DNA of 46,083 nucleotides from Candidatus Kaiserbacteria bacterium RIFCSPHIGHO2_12_FULL_56_13 (GTDB lineage Bacteria > Patescibacteriota > Minisyncoccia > Phycocordibacterales > Phycocordibacteraceae). Positions within the stretch are counted from its first letter, which is position 1. Each line of letters opens with the position of its first letter. The notes below the pieces were generated by a model that saw only the letters and a program-made list of their open reading frames with translations, had not been told where the DNA came from and did not search any database. Below, in pieces: positions 26,724 through 35,660 of this stretch. The translations under genes were made by a program, and so were the position numbers. Where the stretch lies: NCBI GenBank assembly GCA_001781625.1, contig MFLS01000002.1:19957-66039 (forward strand). Reading direction: 5' to 3'.

Positions 26724-27139
26724 AGTACTTCATTCACGCTGATGGCGGGGCGAGGGGGAACCCGGGGCCTTCTGGCGCGGGGGCAGTCATTCGCGACGAA
26801 TACGGGAGCACGATCGCGATGGTCTCTGCATTTTTAGGACGACAGACCAATAATTTTGCCGAGTACGAAGCGGTCATCCGAGCGTTTGATGAACTCCTCC
26901 GTATCGTCCCAGAGAGCAAGCGCTCGAAAGCCGATGTCGTCGTGAAAATGGACAGCGAGCTCGTCGTAAAGCAGATGAATCGAGAATATAAGGTCAAGCA
27001 CCCTCATTTAAAAGAACAGCAGGCGCGCCTTGTGCAGCACGCGGGCGCCTTCAGATCAGTTACTTTCACACATGTCCCGCGTGCGCAAAACTCCGACGCC
27101 GACGCACTCGCAAACGAAGCGATGGATAGGGGAGCTTGA
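26720..27139 (+). CDS. rnhA: Ribonuclease HI-type (RNase H fold) protein
   Basis: ADGGARGNPGPSGAGAVI, NNFAEYEA and DSELVVKQM, with C-terminal NSDADALAN. Overlaps the recJ stop by 4 nt. Confidence 0.8.
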   Translation: MKYFIHADGGARGNPGPSGAGAVIRDEYGSTIAMVSAFLGRQTNNFAEYEAVIRAFDELLRIVPESKRSKADVVVKMDSELVVKQMNREYKVKHPHLKEQQARLVQHAGAFRSVTFTHVPRAQNSDADALANEAMDRGA

Positions 27140-27193
27140 CCGTCTGCGGGCCGGGGCGTACTTTTGCTGAGGACAAACCATGCGGGAGGCGAG

Positions 27194-27574
27194 ATGTTGA
27201 ACGTGATGGACTTTCAAATAGAGCTTGAAGACGAGATTCTTCAAGGACTCAAGGAAAGGCGCGACGAAGTGGAGGAGTGTATCGCCCGGTCACTGCGCAA
27301 TTATGGGTTCATAGAGGCCCTGGCGGTCGCACTTCTTAAAGCCCAAGAAATATACAATGAACTTGGGCCGAAGTTCTCGGGCGTTGCATTCGGGACAGTC
27401 TTCACGATGGAAAAGAACCCGCGCGAAGCGTGCCTCGAAGTGTGTCTCGGGTACGAAGATGGACTCCAAAAAATCTCCATTTTCTGCTCGAAAGACACGA
27501 AATCGGGACACATTACTTTTATCGCATCCGAGCCTCAAAAAAGCTCCACCGGGGTCATTCGTCGAGTAAGATAA
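27194..27574 (+). CDS. Hypothetical protein (126 aa)
   Basis: ATG 27194 is preceded by GGGAGG. Fills the rnhA-comEC gap. No recognisable family. Confidence 0.4.
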   Translation: MLNVMDFQIELEDEILQGLKERRDEVEECIARSLRNYGFIEALAVALLKAQEIYNELGPKFSGVAFGTVFTMEKNPREACLEVCLGYEDGLQKISIFCSKDTKSGHITFIASEPQKSSTGVIRRVR

Positions 27575-27578
27575 GTAA

Positions 27579-29075
27579 ATGGCGGCGTTGATCGCGGTAA
27601 CGGCGGGCTTTGCGAGCGGAGTGTTACTCCGCTCGCTTTTTGTTTTTGGGTGGCCCATTATTCTTTTTATCGCGCTTGTCGGCTTAATGCTGTTTGCCGC
27701 GCGGCTCGTGGCGAGCCGCGCGGCCTACCTTTTGTGTGCGCTCTTTGTAATCGCGGCCGCGCTTGGCGCGGCGCGATTCCACATGGCTGACGCGCCATTA
27801 CCCGCGCCCCTTCTCGCCGACCTCGATACCCGTGTGGTTTATGAAGGCGAAGTGGTTGTCGAACCTGATGTGCGCGATTCGCACCAGCGCATTACGGTAG
27901 AGGTTCGCGAGGGAGAGGAGGAGGCGCGTGTTTTTATTGTTGCCGACCGTTACCCTGCCGTTTCGTACGGCGACCACGTAGTGGCAAGGGGCGTGCTTGC
28001 CTTACCCGAGCCTTTTGCGACCGATGCGGGCCTGCTCGGCCAGGGCCGCGTCTTCAGGTACGACCACTACCTGAAGAAAGACGGTGTCGAGTTCATCATC
28101 GAGTTTGGCGAGCTCGACATCATTGCAAAGCACGAAGGATTTTCTCTCTATGGCGCGCTCTACGACTTGAAGCATGCATTTAACGCCGCGCTCTCGCGCG
28201 CCTTGCCTGAGCCCGAGGCCTCGCTTGCAAGCGGCTTGATCTTGGGAGGGAAGCAGGGACTTGGAGAAGATTTGAAAGAAGCGTTCACGATTGCCGGGCT
28301 CATACATATCGTCGTCTTGTCTGGCTACAATGTGATGATCGTTGCGATTGCGATGATGCGGTTCTTTGTATTTTTGCCGCGCCGCGCTGCCGCCACGCTT
28401 GCGGGCATAACCATCGGGCTCTTTGTCCTCATGGCAGGAGCAGGTGCCGCAAGCATGCGCGCCGGCCTCATGGCGGGCCTCGGCCTCTTTGCGCGCGCCT
28501 CGGCGCGCACCTTCGATGCGCTGCGCGCCTTGCTTGTCGTTGGTGTTGCGATGGTGGCGTGGAATCCGTTCACGCCTGTCTTTGATCCCGGATTCCAACT
28601 TTCATTTGTCGCGACCGCAGGTCTTATTCTCGGCGCACCCTTGGTGGCGGCGCGCTTCGCATTCATACGAAACGAGTTTTTTAAAGAAATCGCGGCGTCT
28701 ACTATCGCCGCGCAAATTGCTGTCTTGCCGCTCCTTTTGTATCAAACCGGTCTCTTTTCTTTAGTCGCGCTTCCTGCGAACTTACTTGTTTTGCCGGCAA
28801 TCCCTCTTGCAATGGGACTTTCGTTTTTTGCGGGCACAATTTCGCTCGTATTCCCGTCGCTCGCGCTCGTTGCGGGCCTCCCCGCCCATGCGGTGCTCTC
28901 ATATATCATCGCGGTGGCCGAAAGCGCCGCCGCACTCCCGCTTTCGTCGCTTTCGATCCCCGCCTTCCCCTTCATCTTTGTACTCATTGCGTACGCAACC
29001 CTTGGCTACACCGCTTTCGTAAAACGCTCTTCAATGACGCTCCAGTTGATGTTCTCGAAAAAAACATCCACGTAA
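27579..29075 (+). CDS. comEC: ComEC/Rec2 DNA-uptake channel protein (DUF4131 + competence domain only)
   Basis: Polytopic membrane protein with an OB-like region (VVYEGEVVVEPDVRDSHQRITV). Competence-domain motifs include LILGGKQGL and GLIHIVVLSGYNV. It lacks the C-terminal metallo-beta-lactamase domain. Confidence 0.8.
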   Translation: MAALIAVTAGFASGVLLRSLFVFGWPIILFIALVGLMLFAARLVASRAAYLLCALFVIAAALGAARFHMADAPLPAPLLADLDTRVVYEGEVVVEPDVRDSHQRITVEVREGEEEARVFIVADRYPAVSYGDHVVARGVLALPEPFATDAGLLGQGRVFRYDHYLKKDGVEFIIEFGELDIIAKHEGFSLYGALYDLKHAFNAALSRALPEPEASLASGLILGGKQGLGEDLKEAFTIAGLIHIVVLSGYNVMIVAIAMMRFFVFLPRRAAATLAGITIGLFVLMAGAGAASMRAGLMAGLGLFARASARTFDALRALLVVGVAMVAWNPFTPVFDPGFQLSFVATAGLILGAPLVAARFAFIRNEFFKEIAASTIAAQIAVLPLLLYQTGLFSLVALPANLLVLPAIPLAMGLSFFAGTISLVFPSLALVAGLPAHAVLSYIIAVAESAAALPLSSLSIPAFPFIFVLIAYATLGYTAFVKRSSMTLQLMFSKKTST

Positions 29076-29599
29076 TTCTTTTTTTCGGCAGGGAGGTAAT
29101 CCACCATGTAGGCATGCTCCCAAAGGTCGAGGGCGAGAATCACGGGGAGGCTGGCAAGCTGTCCGATTTCGTGGTCAGTAACGAAAACGGTGTGAAGCAC
29201 GCTCTCGACAGAATCGAAGTATACGACGACCCAGCCCACGCCTCGCGTGCCCGCAACTTCTTTTATGTGTGCAATAAATTTTTCTTTGCTCCCGTATTTT
29301 TCGCGCGCAGCGCGCGCAAGCGCCGAGTCTTCGCTCGGCGCTTTAGTCCCATTTTCAAACTGTTCGAAATAATATTCATGCATGCGCATGCCGTCGAACT
29401 CGAAGGCGAAGCGACGGCGAAGCTCTGCGGCGATGTAGGGATCAAGCTCGAGCGCGCCCTCGCGCGCTACTTTAAATTTATCCGCGATCAAGTTCACGTG
29501 CTTCACGTATCCCTCGTAAAGCCCGAGATGCACTTTTACTTGCTTCTCCGAGAGCCCCTTGAGAGCGGGAAGGTTGAACTGTCGAACTGCATATGCCAT
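29006..29599 (-). CDS. Fe/Mn superoxide dismutase
   Basis: LPALKGL...H, FNGGGH-equivalent region, and C-terminal DLWEHAYMVDY metal-ligand motif. Confidence 0.85.
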   Translation of the reverse strand: MAYAVRQFNLPALKGLSEKQVKVHLGLYEGYVKHVNLIADKFKVAREGALELDPYIAAELRRRFAFEFDGMRMHEYYFEQFENGTKAPSEDSALARAAREKYGSKEKFIAHIKEVAGTRGVGWVVVYFDSVESVLHTVFVTDHEIGQLASLPVILALDLWEHAYMVDYLPAEKKNYVDVFFENINWSVIEERFTKAV

Positions 29600-29664
29600 A
29601 GATATAGGCAGTATAGCAAAATCCGTGGTATACTTTTCCTTTGTAAAAATTATTTGATTGACCT

Positions 29665-29826
29665 ATGGAAGAATTCAAGAGAAGTAAAGAGGCCGAAGCT
29701 CGTGCTGAAGAAGCAGAATCTGGCCCAGCGTTCTACGCGCTCGATAAACATGGCGCTCCTCATTTCGCCATGAGCAAAGAGGAGGCGGTGGGAAAGGCGC
29801 AAACAGCAAACGAGGGGTATCAATAA
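29665..29826 (+). CDS. Possible 53-aa acidic peptide
   Basis: MEEFKRSKEAEARAEEAESGPAFYALDKHGAPHFAMSKEEAVGKAQTANEGYQ ends 14 nt before a strong terminator. Below the ORF-track size cut-off. No visible RBS. Confidence 0.25.
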   Translation: MEEFKRSKEAEARAEEAESGPAFYALDKHGAPHFAMSKEEAVGKAQTANEGYQ

Positions 29827-29839
29827 TCTGCCGTATGTG

Positions 29840-29871
29840 AAAGGGGCGCTCCCATGAGGAGCGCCCCTTTT
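29840..29871. terminator. Bidirectional intrinsic terminator
   Basis: GGGGCGCUCC (29843-29852) pairs with GGAGCGCCCC (29858-29867). Flanked by AAA and UUUU. Confidence 0.7.
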
Positions 29872-29875
29872 GCCG

Positions 29876-30121
29876 TTAATGCGTCGTGCGATTGTTCCCT
29901 AGTGAGCCGAGCGCTCGGCGTATCGCCGCCCTGATCTTTGCTCCAACATATCGTTGTTGCTCATGGGGATCAACCGGGAATTGCCGGTGAGCTTCTCTGT
30001 GTGCGGCCGACGCAATCTTCGCCAGGTCTTCAATGACCTCCTCCGTGCTTGCGTGCGGGAATATAGCCCGAGCCTGACGAACAGCTTCTTTCATAAAATC
30101 GCCAACCACGATACCCACCAT
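29876..30121 (-). CDS. Hypothetical protein (81 aa)
   Basis: The ORF ends right at the terminator. No recognisable family. Confidence 0.35.
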   Translation of the reverse strand: MVGIVVGDFMKEAVRQARAIFPHASTEEVIEDLAKIASAAHREAHRQFPVDPHEQQRYVGAKIRAAIRRALGSLGNNRTTH

Positions 30122-30164
30122 TTGTTCTGTTGCCGGTTAATATTGTACTGTATTCTTTATATTT

Positions 30165-31028
30165 ATGCAAGTTCGCGCGATTAGCCGCCCGTATCTGTTT
30201 CTCGCCGTTGTGGGCCTGTTCGTTGTGAATTTTTTCATCTTTCGCGCGGCGCTTGCGCCGCGCGTTCTCTCCGTGGTGGTGCTTGATATCGGGCAGGGTG
30301 ACTCAATCCTCATCGAGGGCCCGACAGGCATCACGATGCTCGTTGACGGCGGCCCCGACCGAGGGGTGCTTCGTGAACTCGGCGCCGTTTTGCCGCTTGG
30401 CGAGCGCACAATAGACGCCGTCGTCGCCACCCACCCTGATAAAGACCATATCGGCGGCTTGCCTGATGTATTTGCAAACTACGAGGTCGCATATTTCCTC
30501 GAGCCCGGGATACCGAATGACACGAATGCGGCGCGCGCCCTTGAGGCAGCGGCTCATGAGGAGCAGGGCATGACGCGCACCGTCGCGCGACGCGGCATGC
30601 GCCTTGATCTTGGCGGGGGCGCCTATGCCGATATTCTCTACCCCGACCGCGACCCGGCGAGAATGGATACGAACGACGGTTCTATCGTCATGCATCTTGC
30701 GTATGGGCAGACCTCTTTCATGCTGACCGGCGACCTCACATCAGATATAGAAGCATGGCTTCTTGTACTTGATGGTGAGGATGGCGAGTTGCCGACCGAT
30801 GTGTTTAAGGCGGGACATCACGGCTCGAAGTATTCGACGAGCGAAGCGTGGCTTGCGGCACTCAATCCTTCTGTTGTCGCAATTTCGGTCGGGGAGCGAA
30901 ACTCCTACGGCCACCCGACGCCCGAAGTCCTCGCGCGCGTTGCGGCAGCGGGCGCCGCCGTCTATCGCACTGATGAAGACGGCCGTCTCACTTTCACCTC
31001 TGACGGCGAGAGAGTGAGGAGAGATTAA
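30165..31028 (+). CDS. Stand-alone metallo-beta-lactamase-fold protein, ComEC C-terminal-domain type
   Basis: N-terminal TM segment, then LDIGQGDSILIEGPTGITMLVDGG, THPDKDHIGG, MLTGDL, KAGHHGS and SYGHP. This matches the nuclease domain normally fused to ComEC. Confidence 0.8.
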   Translation: MQVRAISRPYLFLAVVGLFVVNFFIFRAALAPRVLSVVVLDIGQGDSILIEGPTGITMLVDGGPDRGVLRELGAVLPLGERTIDAVVATHPDKDHIGGLPDVFANYEVAYFLEPGIPNDTNAARALEAAAHEEQGMTRTVARRGMRLDLGGGAYADILYPDRDPARMDTNDGSIVMHLAYGQTSFMLTGDLTSDIEAWLLVLDGEDGELPTDVFKAGHHGSKYSTSEAWLAALNPSVVAISVGERNSYGHPTPEVLARVAAAGAAVYRTDEDGRLTFTSDGERVRRD

Positions 31029-31267
31029 AGCACGCCTGCTTTCTTGAGGGAGTGGTAGGCGCCGCGCTTCTTGATTGCGCGCAAGCCCTTTACCGAGACA
31101 TCGACAAGCACGGTCTTGTTAAGTTCGGGTATGAAGATGCGACGGCGTTGAAGGTTTGCCTTGCGGCGCGTCTTGCCAGAGGGGTTAAACTGCGTCGCGC
31201 GGGTGCGGTTAGAATATCGACCTCCGACTTGGGTTGATTTGCCGGTGATGACGCATGCTCGTGCCAT
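31025..31267 (-). CDS. rpmB: 50S ribosomal protein L28
   Basis: MARACVITGKSTQVGGRYSNRTRATQ...VSVKGLRAIKKRG. The start is taken at MARAC. Confidence 0.9.
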   Translation of the reverse strand: MARACVITGKSTQVGGRYSNRTRATQFNPSGKTRRKANLQRRRIFIPELNKTVLVDVSVKGLRAIKKRGAYHSLKKAGVL

Positions 31268-31308
31268 AGGTAGCTCGCATGCTACCATGAGTTTTCACGA
31301 GCGCAACT

Positions 31309-31932
31309 ATGGAGGCAGTCTTTCTTACCCTTGTTCTTATCATCTCGGTCATCGCGCACGAGGTGGCGCACGGCTATGCGGCCTCCGTGCTTGGCGACCC
31401 GACTGCGCGGCTTGCGGGGCGTCTGACTTTGAACCCGCTGCCGCACATCGACCCCATTGGCTCAATCATCATCCCCGCGCTCCTCGTGTTTGCGAACGCC
31501 AGCGTCCTCTTCGGCTGGGCAAAGCCCGTACCGTATAACCCCCATAATCTGAAGCATCATCGGTGGGGTGAGGCGATCGTCGCGGTGGCGGGGTCGGGCG
31601 TCAATCTCCTCCTCGCTGTGCTCTTTGCGCTTGTCGCGCGTCTCACCGCAGACATCGCTCCTGCCGCCTCTGAACTCGCTGCACTCATCGTGTTCGTGAA
31701 CCTCTTCTTGGGCCTCTTGAACCTGATCCCCCTCCCGCCCTTAGACGGCTACACGGTGCTTCGGAGCATCGTGCCTTTCTCGGTCGCTCGGGCACTGCAG
31801 GATCTCGAGATGCGCGTCCGCGCGCTCGGGGCGATCGGCCTCTTTGTCACGCTCCTCATATTCATATTTGTGCTCGCAAGCCCCTTCTATGCATTCGTGT
31901 CGTGGCTCTTCGGCCTCTTGGTGGGCGCGTGA
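31309..31932 (+). CDS. Site-2 protease family (M50) zinc metalloprotease
   Basis: HEVAHGY zinc motif, polytopic topology, and NLIPLPPLDG. Confidence 0.8.
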   Translation: MEAVFLTLVLIISVIAHEVAHGYAASVLGDPTARLAGRLTLNPLPHIDPIGSIIIPALLVFANASVLFGWAKPVPYNPHNLKHHRWGEAIVAVAGSGVNLLLAVLFALVARLTADIAPAASELAALIVFVNLFLGLLNLIPLPPLDGYTVLRSIVPFSVARALQDLEMRVRALGAIGLFVTLLIFIFVLASPFYAFVSWLFGLLVGA

Positions 31933-31961
31933 TTGCAATAGTGCCTTTATTCATTTATAGT
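31933..31961 (+). promoter_or_regulatory. Candidate promoter for rpsL-rpsG
   Basis: TTGCAA (31933-31938), 17 nt spacer, TATAGT (31956-31961). Confidence 0.45.
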
Positions 31962-31966
31962 GCTCG

Positions 31967-32009
31967 GTGACCCCTGCCTGCCGGCAGGCGCACACGGGGT
32001 CATTTTTTT
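31967..32009 (+). terminator. Terminator-like hairpin plus U7, ending 2 nt before the rpsL ATG
   Basis: The outer stem is GUGACCCC pairing with GGGGUCAU. The inner hairpin is GCCUG-CCGG-CAGGC. UUUUUUU (32003-32009) follows. Confidence 0.55.
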
Positions 32010-32010
32010 A

Positions 32011-32418
32011 ATGTCCACTATCAATCAGCTCGCGAAGAGGCATCGCAAAGATAAACCTCGTAAAACGAAGGTCCTCGCCCTTGGGCGCGGCTTTAATGTA
32101 CTCAAAAATCGCCCGGCATTCTATTCGGCGCCCTTTAAGCGCGGCGTCTGCATCAAGGTCACCACGAAGACGCCGCGCAAACCGAACTCCGCGATCCGCA
32201 AGATCGCTCGTGTCCGGCTCACGAACGGCATGGAGGTCACCGCCTATATCCCGGGCGAGGGGCACAATTTGCAAGAGCACTCGGTCGTGATGCTCCGCGG
32301 CGGGCGCGTGAAGGACATCGGCGTGCAGTACACGGTCGTGCGCGGCAAACTCGATACGGCCGGTATCGAGAAGCGTCGCCGTGGCCGCTCGCTCTACGGC
32401 GCGAAGCGCCCGAAATAA
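32011..32418 (+). CDS. rpsL: 30S ribosomal protein S12
   Basis: MSTINQL...[18 protein letters not shown]...[12 protein letters not shown]. Confidence 0.95.
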   Translation: MSTINQLAKRHRKDKPRKTKVLALGRGFNVLKNRPAFYSAPFKRGVCIKVTTKTPRKPNSAIRKIARVRLTNGMEVTAYIPGEGHNLQEHSVVMLRGGRVKDIGVQYTVVRGKLDTAGIEKRRRGRSLYGAKRPK

Positions 32419-32421
32419 GCT

Positions 32422-32886
32422 ATGCGTCGCCCAATTAGAAAGCCGCGCACATGGAAGCCCGATTTAGAGTACAAGTCAGAGGGTGTCGCGCGTTTTATCA
32501 ACGCCGTGATGTGGGATGGGAAAAAAGACACGGCGCGGCGCGTCGTTTACGATGCTTTTTCAAAAATAAAAGAGGGTGGGGCAAACCCGCTTGAGACCTT
32601 TGAGGCGGCGATTCGCAATGCCTCGCCTTTGATGGAGGTACGCTCGCGTCGCGTCGGGGGCGCGAACTACCAAGTGCCGCGCGAAGTGCCGCAAAATCGT
32701 CGCCTCGCGCTCGCATACCGTTGGCTTATTGGCTCGGCTCGCTCGAAGAAAGGCCGCCCGATGGCCGATAAACTTGCTGAAGAGCTCTCGCTTGCCGCGA
32801 AGAACGAGGGTGAAGCGATCAAGAAGAAGGACGAGATGCACCGCATGGCTGAAGCGAACAAAGCCTTCGCCCACTTTGCCTGGTAA
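32422..32886 (+). CDS. rpsG: 30S ribosomal protein S7
   Basis: FINAVMWDGKK...VRSRRVGGANYQVP...EANKAFAHF. Confidence 0.95.
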   Translation: MRRPIRKPRTWKPDLEYKSEGVARFINAVMWDGKKDTARRVVYDAFSKIKEGGANPLETFEAAIRNASPLMEVRSRRVGGANYQVPREVPQNRRLALAYRWLIGSARSKKGRPMADKLAEELSLAAKNEGEAIKKKDEMHRMAEANKAFAHFAW

Positions 32887-32888
32887 AG

Positions 32889-32918
32889 AAAAACGGCGCC
32901 CGAGGGGCGCCGTTTTTT
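32889..32918. terminator. Bidirectional intrinsic terminator (rpsG / orphan A)
   Basis: ACGGCGCCC (32893-32901) pairs with GGGCGCCGU (32905-32913). Flanked by AAAAA and UUUUUU. Confidence 0.75.
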
Positions 32919-32928
32919 AGAGTTCACT

Positions 32929-33306
32929 TCAGTCCGTGTCTTTTTCTTTCGTCCGTCGACAATGCCGGGGGTTGAAGTAGATGATTGAGCCCGGATGTTT
33001 CATCACCTGTTCTGCCGTCTCGGGGTCGAGGGGGACCCCTTTGGGAATTGTTTGCACGAAACCGTCTTTGTGCAGGTAGATCCTTTTTGGAGCGAACCAA
33101 TCTCTCCCTCGCGCGTCTCTCGCGAAGGTCATGTAAACGGCGCCCTGTCGCGTCTCGGCAAGACGGCTCACCTTAAAACAGGGCAGGGGAGCCGAGGTTT
33201 TGATGTGTTCTCCGCGAGGGGCTCGCGTGAACCCGAGCGCGAGCATTTTACGTGCGATTTCGTCGGGGGGCGGCTCCGTACGGCTTCGCCGTCGTAAAAC
33301 AGCCAT
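32929..33306 (-). CDS. Orphan A: hypothetical 125-aa basic protein, antisense to the str operon
   Basis: GGAGG lies 6 nt before the ATG. A candidate promoter is TTGCAA-16-TATAAC on the minus strand (33364-33337). It ends at the shared terminator. No recognisable family. Confidence 0.5.
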   Translation of the reverse strand: MAVLRRRSRTEPPPDEIARKMLALGFTRAPRGEHIKTSAPLPCFKVSRLAETRQGAVYMTFARDARGRDWFAPKRIYLHKDGFVQTIPKGVPLDPETAEQVMKHPGSIIYFNPRHCRRTKEKDTD

Positions 33307-33371
33307 TGGTTTCCTCCGCGTATGTTCCTAGTTGCCGTTATACCACAATGCAATGCTTTTGCAAATGCCCG

Positions 33372-33399
33372 TTGCTTTTTATACAAAGTTCGTTATTGT
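33372..33399 (+). promoter_or_regulatory. Candidate fusA promoter
   Basis: TTGCUU (33372-33377), 16 nt spacer, TATTGT (33394-33399). The alternative is TTGCAA (33359-33364), 17 nt, TACAAA. Confidence 0.3.
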
Positions 33400-33405
33400 A
33401 CGCAT

Positions 33406-33428
33406 AACGCCTCGGCGTTTTTATTTTT
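33406..33428 (+). promoter_or_regulatory. Small CUCG-loop hairpin plus U-tract in the fusA leader
   Basis: AACGC-CUCG-GCGUU is followed by UUUAUUUUU, 6 nt before the ATG. Confidence 0.4.
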
Positions 33429-33434
33429 GTAGAC

Positions 33435-35582
33435 ATGAATCGGGATTACCCACTAGAGAAAGTCCGTAACTTCGGGATTATCGCGCATATTGATGCGGGT
33501 AAGACGACTACGTCTGAACGCGTCCTTTTCTATACCGGTTCCCAGCACAAGATAGGCGAGGTGCACGAGGGCGATACCACGACCGACTGGATGGAGCAGG
33601 AGCGGGAGCGTGGTATCACGATCACCGCAGCCGCCATTACCTGCTTTTGGGTACCGACACGCGAAAAGGACAAAGCCGACATTACAAAAAAGTTTCGTTT
33701 CAATATCATCGACACGCCGGGCCACATCGACTTCACCGCTGAAGTGAAGCGAAGCATGCGCGTGCTTGACGGCGCCGTCGTCGTTTTTGACGGTGTCGCG
33801 GGCGTCGAGCCGCAGAGCGAGACGAACTGGCGCTACGCCGACGAGGCGAATGTCCCGCGCCTCTGCTTTATTAACAAGCTCGACCGTACGGGCGCCTCGT
33901 TCGAGCGCTCGTACGCCTCGATCCTCGATCGCCTCTCGAAAAAGGCCGTCAGGATGCAAATACCCATAGGAGAGGAGGGTAATCACGAGGGAGTGATCGA
34001 CCTCCTCGCCATGAAGGCGTATCGATTTGAAGGCGACATGGGCAAAACGGTAGTTGAGGGCGAAATTCCCGAGGACCTCCTCGAAGAGGCAAAAAAGTAT
34101 CGCCACGAACTCATTGAGCGCATCGTCGAGCACGATGACGCGGCGATGCATGCGTATCTTGAGGGAAAGGAGCCCGCACTCGATGAACTGAAGAATATTT
34201 TGCGTAAGGCAGTCATCAATAACGCCGTTTTCCCGGTCTTCACCGGTTCGGCGCTCAAAAATAAAGGGGTGCAACTCGTCCTCGATGCGGTCGTTGATTA
34301 CCTCCCCTCTCCTTTGGACCTCCCGCCGGTCAAGGGCATTAATCCGAAAACCGGCGAAGAGCTCGTGCGCTACGCCTCTGACGATGAGCCCTTCACCGCG
34401 CTCGCCTTCAAGCTCCAGGCCGATCCCTTTGTCGGCCAGCTCACCTTCTTCAGGGTCTATGCGGGTACCGTTGAGGCGGGCTCTTACATTTACAACGCGA
34501 CCACCGGCACCAAGGAGCGGCTCGGCCGCATCGTGCGGCTCCAAGCCGACAAGCGCGAGGAGGTAAAGAAGGTCTTCTCGGGCGAAATCGCCGCCGCGGT
34601 TGGCCTCAAAGACACGAAAACCTCGCACACCTTGTGCGTTGAAGACGCACCCATTATCCTTGAATCCATCAAGTTCCCCGAGCCCGTGGTCTCACTTCGC
34701 ATTGAGCCAAAAACTAAGGCCGATCAGGAGAAGATGGGCATGGCCCTCAAAAAACTTTCAGATGAAGACCCGACCTTTCGCGTCTCGACCGATGACGAGA
34801 CGCTTGAAACGATTATTTCAGGCATGGGCGAGCTTCACCTCGAGATACTTGTTGACCGTATGAAGCGCGAATTCAGTGTCGAGGCCAATGTGGGGAAGCC
34901 GCAGGTGGCGTATCGCGAGACGATCCTCGGTACTTCGGAGGCCGAAGGCAAGTACATCAAGCAGACGGGTGGTCGCGGGCAATACGGCCATGTCCGCATC
35001 AGGATGAAAAAAATGGAGCCGCTCGAGGAGGGCAAGAAAATCGCGAAGAACACGACACGTGAAGATCACTTTGAATTCGTGAACTCCATCAAGGGCGGCG
35101 TTGTCCCGCAAGAGTACATCCCGGCGGTTGAAAAGGGTGTGCGGGAGGCGATGGGGCGCGGCATTTTGGCCGGCTTTCCTGTCGTGGATGTCTCCGTCGA
35201 TCTCTACGACGGCTCGTACCACGATGTTGACTCGTCAGAGATCGCCTTTAAGATTGCGGCCTCGATGGCTTTTCAGGACGCAGCGAACCGCGCGAAACCG
35301 GTCCTCCTTGAACCGATCATGAAGATAGAGGTAGTGGTGCCTGAGCAATTCATGGGTGACATTACGGGCTCTCTCTCCGGTAAACGCGGCGCTATCGAGA
35401 GCATGGAGGATCGCGGGCAAAACAAAGCGATCAGCGCCAAAGTCCCACTTTCAGAGATGTTCGGTTACACGACCCAGCTCCGTTCGATGACCGAAGGCCG
35501 CGGCTCGATGACGATGGAGTTCGATCACTACGATGTCGTCCCGCAAAACGTCGCGGCCGACATCATCGCGAGCCGGAAGTAA
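33435..35582 (+). CDS. fusA: Elongation factor G
   Basis: [28 protein letters not shown] and the full five-domain length. Confidence 0.97.
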   Translation: MNRDYPLEKVRNFGIIAHIDAGKTTTSERVLFYTGSQHKIGEVHEGDTTTDWMEQERERGITITAAAITCFWVPTREKDKADITKKFRFNIIDTPGHIDFTAEVKRSMRVLDGAVVVFDGVAGVEPQSETNWRYADEANVPRLCFINKLDRTGASFERSYASILDRLSKKAVRMQIPIGEEGNHEGVIDLLAMKAYRFEGDMGKTVVEGEIPEDLLEEAKKYRHELIERIVEHDDAAMHAYLEGKEPALDELKNILRKAVINNAVFPVFTGSALKNKGVQLVLDAVVDYLPSPLDLPPVKGINPKTGEELVRYASDDEPFTALAFKLQADPFVGQLTFFRVYAGTVEAGSYIYNATTGTKERLGRIVRLQADKREEVKKVFSGEIAAAVGLKDTKTSHTLCVEDAPIILESIKFPEPVVSLRIEPKTKADQEKMGMALKKLSDEDPTFRVSTDDETLETIISGMGELHLEILVDRMKREFSVEANVGKPQVAYRETILGTSEAEGKYIKQTGGRGQYGHVRIRMKKMEPLEEGKKIAKNTTREDHFEFVNSIKGGVVPQEYIPAVEKGVREAMGRGILAGFPVVDVSVDLYDGSYHDVDSSEIAFKIAASMAFQDAANRAKPVLLEPIMKIEVVVPEQFMGDITGSLSGKRGAIESMEDRGQNKAISAKVPLSEMFGYTTQLRSMTEGRGSMTMEFDHYDVVPQNVAADIIASRK

Positions 35583-35660
35583 CGCATCCACGAACACTAT
35601 CCCCAGGGGCTCTTGACCGGTGGGGTATCATTAAAGGTGGAGATAACCAAGGAGAGTGCG

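Noticed and set aside
33453-34628. 391-aa minus-strand ORF antisense to fusA. Similar long antisense ORFs occur at 36268-37257 (tuf), 25089-26021 (recJ), 45245-46003 (rplF/rplR), 15659-16414 (ppa/nusA), 17731-18339 and 18544-19146 (pilB), and 11258-11920
   Set aside because: These are shadow ORFs typical of high-GC DNA. They lie entirely inside strongly supported genes, are Arg/Gly/Asp-rich and low in complexity, and have no start context.
35583-35660. A promoter for orphan B built on TTGACC at ~35614
   Set aside because: No acceptable -10 hexamer lies at 16-18 nt spacing.
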